Source: Azolla caroliniana (Eukaryota; Plantae; Polypodiophyta). From it: a stretch of DNA of 64,000 nucleotides. Of this stretch, positions 59,509 through 64,000 are shown one piece after another; position 1 is the stretch's first letter; each line of letters begins with the position of its first letter. The position numbers and the translations under genes are program-made. Below the pieces are notes generated by a model, which was not told the DNA's origin, searched no databases, and was given only the letters and a program-made list of their open reading frames with translations. The stretch is from contig JBHGNT010000009.1 in assembly GCA_043228905.1 (NCBI GenBank), forward strand, positions 5,642,001 through 5,706,000, read 5' to 3'.

Positions 59509-62500
59509 TATCGTGCCTTTCGGCTCCGGATCGTTTGCGTGAGTCGGGTGGGAACCGCTGGGGTTTTGGACTAGGAAGAGGAAGAATTTGAGACGATTTT
59601 AATTATGAGTAGATTATTAGAAACTTGTGAGTCCCACAAGTATAATGTATTTTATTGATTAATATTTACGTAAGAATATGTATTTAGATTGATAGAGAAA
59701 GATATAGAAATCTCGTGAATCCCACGAGTATAGTTTATTAATTGGTGTTTTCGGAAATATATCCAATTTCCAAGTATTTCACACCCTCTTCACATTGTGG
59801 TCCTCATCCTTATATAGAGATGAGAGAGTCTTTTCCAACCCATGCGTTTTCTCTAACTATAGACTCCATGCTTTTTCTATAGATAGACTGTATGCTTTAT
59901 CTAAAGTGATCATGCTTTTTCTAACTTGTGCGTTTTTTTATAAACTATAGTGTTCATGCACGCTAGATGTGCATGCGTAACTTTTTCTTTTAGCATGCGT
60001 TTTCTTTTAATTAAAGTTTATCCTAGGTGAACTTAGCTTTCTATGTGGGACATCTACTTTTTAACACTAATGAAATGCTAGTTTAATGGTAAGGTTTCAC
60101 ATTATTAACATGGAGGGGCAATGTTCAAATCTTGCCCTATACATGTATTATTTATTTTCACATTTTCTTCTATTTCTTCATATTTACTAAAACGTTACTT
60201 TATAAGTTTTTCATGTAGTGTACGAAATACACTACGACACTCGCCCCCTCCGAACCCGCACATCCTCCCGTATGTGCCGAAGTTGTTGGTGATTGTTAGT
60301 CTCGTCCGTCCGTTCTCCGCATGGTTGGTTTCGTCACTGGTCGTTTTCGGTTGCCGGCTCTGTCCGGTCGCCAGTTTTCAGTTGCTTGCTCCGCCCGGTT
60401 TCTGGTTACCGGCCCTCGTAATTCTTCTTTACTTGTAGTACCCTCCGTTTCTCTCGCTATGTCGACTTTTTCTCTCCATTTTGAGCACAACCATTCTTTC
60501 CACCCAACCCATTTTCGCCATCCGATCCACCATAGTCTTCGTTCACTCTTTGCATAGCCATGGCCGATTGTCGCGGCTCCTCGTGCTCCTCTTGAGCATA
60601 ACCATTCATGTCTTGTCAAATTTGGTTGGCCCGCTTGGTCCTTGTTATCCATGGTAGTGTCTTTGCTTGGCCTCTTCCTTGTCTTTATCAATATTGATTT
60701 CTTTTCAGATCTCCAGTTGAGTCGGATTAGCTTCTTTCCAATTCGATATCGTCCGATTGTCTTTCAGGTTGTATCGGCTTCCATTCCGATTTGTATTCGG
60801 CTGATTCAAACTCGGTTGATTGGTTTTTACTGATTCAACCCCCTTCCGGATCTGTGTCAACCGATTAGTTTCCGTCCAGATTTTCTTTCTTTTCTTTGTT
60901 TTCACCAGTCTTGACAAGTTTGACTTCCGGAACTTCTTTCCGGATCGATCTCTTCGATCGACTTCCGGTTGGAATGATTTCCGTCCGTCTCGTACTCTCG
61001 GATTTTGCCCGGATCCACTCCCGCTTGCTTTAGCTTTCTTTTAGACCGGAATTTCGGACGGATCATCTTCCATTCGAACCAGGTTCCGACTTTACCTTCC
61101 TTGCCGCCATCTCCCATCTCTCCGGTCTCACGTTGCCTCTCGAACGCAACCGCTGAAGTCTCTAGGATTAATGCGCATGAACCCTCGGTATTATCATCCT
61201 TTGTCATTTCAACCATAGCCACCTTTTCGGCTATCTCTCCATCGTATGAATCGGCTTCGACCTTTGTTTTCTCTCCTCCACCTTCCGTCTCTTCGGTATC
61301 ACGTTGCCTTTCGAACGCAACCGCTGGAGTCTCTGGAATCAGTGGTGGGGAAGTCTCAATATGGCCATATGCCATTGATTCGTCTATAGACACCTTCAAT
61401 TCGATGTCATCTTTTGCGGCGACCTCCTCAATCAAGTCCTCCTTGCTCTCTTTCACTGCATCAATTATGCAATCATCAATTATGCTTACCCCTTTTTCAC
61501 CCGATGTTTCGGACACTTGTATTCCGAAATATTCTTCTACACTTGGGTTATCGGCCTTATCCTTCGCCGTCGTTCTTTCGTAAGACAAGAGGGTAGCTGG
61601 TTTTACACCCTCTTCCGTCGCACCTTCATGTTGTATTTCGGCCTTCATATCGGCTCCATCGTTTGTCTTCAATCGACGATCCTTCATCGGCCATGTCGCT
61701 GACAAGATTCTCATCTTCCTCTCATCATGTCTCCGGCATACCCTTTGGACTTCAGCCCAATCTTCAGTAAGACCATTCACACTGTCATCGTCTTCGAGTT
61801 CGATCCCGATGTCCATCCTTTCTTTTTAATCAATCGATTTTACGAACATTAGGACTTTATCCTCTCCCACCAATCTTTGTTCCTGCTTCGAGAGTCGAGC
61901 AAAACGATGCTCGAACTCTAGGAATACTTGTGTTGCACTCCGGTAGGTCTTCTCTGATGCCACCCATTCGTTGAATTCTCGCCAATCTTGTCCCTTCGAT
62001 CTCTTGAAATCATATGCCTCTCGTAAAGCTTCTTCAAAGGACTCTCATGTTAGGTTTTGTTGCCCTATTTTGTGGATTCTCTCTTCTAACTCATCTGTGA
62101 CTACTCGATTGAAGGATGTCACTTGCAATCCTTCTGGTATCCCACATCGCATCATCTCGGCCTTGTATTCGCATAGATAGCATGACATATCCTTTCCGTC
62201 GAATTCCCCGTTTCTTTGCACAAGCTGCGCTACTGCCGATTTCATCTCCGACATTGTGCGTTGCTCTTCTTGCATCCGCTTAATCATCATCATCATCATA
62301 TTCATCGCTTCTTATTGATTCTCCATCTCCTTACTACCCCTCTTCACGTCGGGTTCACCACTTGTGTCGTGCCTTTCGGCTCCGGATCGTTTGCGTGAGT
62401 CAGGTGGGAACCGCTCGGGTTTTGGACTAGGAAGAGGAAGAATTTGAGATGATTTTAATTATGAGTAAATTATTAGAAACTTGTGAATCCCACAAGTATA

Positions 62501-62556
62501 ATGTATTTTATTGATTAATATTTACGTAAGAATATGTATTTAGATTAATAGAGAAA
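59509..62556 (-). mobile_element. Gag-only non-autonomous LTR element related to B [element G]
   Basis: 3' LTR 59509-60239; PPT 60240-60255; tRNA-Trp PBS 62343-62360; 5' LTR 62365-62556 (interrupted by M); in-frame gag-like ORF about 62327-60902 with acidic repeats; no pol. Confidence 0.88.
60072..60143 (+). promoter_or_regulatory. tRNA-like A/B-box module in U3 of element G LTR
   Basis: A box TAGTTTAATGG 60079-60089, B box TGTTCAAATC 60122-60131, spacing 43 nt, TTTT at 60155-60158. Confidence 0.65.
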
Positions 62557-64000
62557 TGTTGAGAGACAAGCTCAACATCGGCCGGATCGGCTGAAGAAGC
62601 CGAGGACCGGATCGGTTGGGACCGATCGGTTAGGCCGAATGCGTAAACCGGTATGCAGACCGGTGCATAGGTAGGGCCGGATCGGTGCATAAACCGGGAG
62701 GCCGTTAGGAAAGATATTCCGTGAGGAGTATATTTGGGAGTTAGTATAGGAGCCCTTAATGAGCATTGAAGTACTGTCAATACTTCGGTCAGTCCTTCTA
62801 GGACTTGTATAAAAGTGTTCATTGAACACACATATGTATAGAGTGTGGTGAATAGAGATTGTGTATTTTTTGAAGATACTTCTTGTGTTTTCCTCTCTCA
62901 CTCTCTCTGTCTCTCCCGCGTATACTACGTGAGCTCAAGCTCTCCATTAAACCTGAGTTTTGTTCCTTCTGTTCGGTCTTCATACTTGCTTCTGCACGTT
63001 ACTTTTTATATGGTATCAGAGCGCGAGGGTTGAGAACCTCTCTGCAGCCAACACAGCTTGATGAAGAAGAACAAGAAGAACGATGGATAGAGGCATAGCG
63101 AGCTCGCTTCCAACAGAGAAGCTCGACAGAACCATCTACGCGTCTTGGTCCTACAAGATGCACCAGTACCTGCTCGGGCACGGGTACTGGAGTTATGTCG
63201 AAGGAGCTAATGACGCGGCACCCGAATCCACATATAGAGACTTCCCGTCGTGGGAGCAATCGGCGAGCAGGGTATTATACTGCTTCGCGTCGTGTGTGGG
63301 CGAACAACTATTGAGCTATGTTCGGGATGCAAAGACGCCGAAGGGTGTGTGGAAAAATCTGAAGAAGATTTTCGCCGCGAGCACCACAACCAGGAAGCTT
63401 CAGCTCCGACAGGAGTTGAGCAACCTACGACAACGCGACTTGTCGGTGGCGGACTATACCTCGAAGATCAAGGATATCTGCGACTCCGTCGCCTCCATAG
63501 ATGTGAACATTGAGGAGAGCGAGATGGTCCAGATCTGTCTCGGAGGTTTGGCGTCGAAGTTCGGAGCGTTTCGAATGGCTGTGTGTACCCGGGAGAAAAC
63601 GTCGTCCTTTTTCGACTTACAGTCAATGCTCCTAGTAGAGGAGAACCACGCGGGTGCGTCTACAAGCACGCACACCGACAACAGAATGTTGTACACGGAG
63701 GGAGATAGGCCCCGTGGACTTGGAGGACGAGGCGAGTTGGCGCGCAATGGAAGCGGCTGACGAGACCAAGGAAGAAGGCACCGAAGTGATGCCGACAGCA
63801 ACTCCGGACCCTCTGGAAACAGGGGGAGTCGAAGCGATGAGAACCGGCAAGGGAAGGCCATCGCGGAGTGCTGGTACTATGGCAAGAAAGGCCACAGGGA
63901 AAGTGAGTGCTGGAAGAAGTGCGCCGATTCAGAGAAAACCGGTTCCGGAAACGGCTCCGGACATACCGACAAGAGAAATCGGCAGCGATCGCACTACGCC
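62557..64000 (+). mobile_element. Copia 5' part (L family), runs out of window [element M]
   Basis: LTR 62557-63010; PBS TGGTATCAGAGC 63011-63022; gag 63083-63760 and knuckle near 63870. Confidence 0.93.

Noticed and set aside
61005-61583. Antisense ORFs (also 14948-15676, 49421-50035)
   Set aside because: Shadows or alternative frames of TE coding regions without independent motifs

Overview
Eukaryotic (land-plant, most plausibly moss-like) heterochromatic window with no recognisable host gene. It is a deep nest of about 25 retroelements or fragments: many decayed Ty1/copia elements (tRNA-iMet PBS), two Tcn1/Tf1-like chromoviral Ty3/gypsy copies (one full length, 48577-54279, with only two nonsense mutations in pol), two gag-only non-autonomous LTR elements with a tRNA-Trp PBS, two related-looking solo LTRs (these four have TGTCG...CGACA-type ends and 4-bp target sites), an RTE/RTEX-like LINE, an L1 fragment, and a Penelope-like element carrying a hammerhead ribozyme. 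The most notable observation is that three otherwise dissimilar gypsy-type LTR families each carry a tRNA-derived A-box/B-box (Pol III-type) module in U3, always antisense to the element. Other points of interest are a Tf1-type self-priming PBS, a -1 frameshift site with a possible pseudoknot, an apparent CpG-centred target preference, and doubled polypurine tracts in two copia families. All calls were made by eye, without database searches; boundaries of decayed fragments are approximate.
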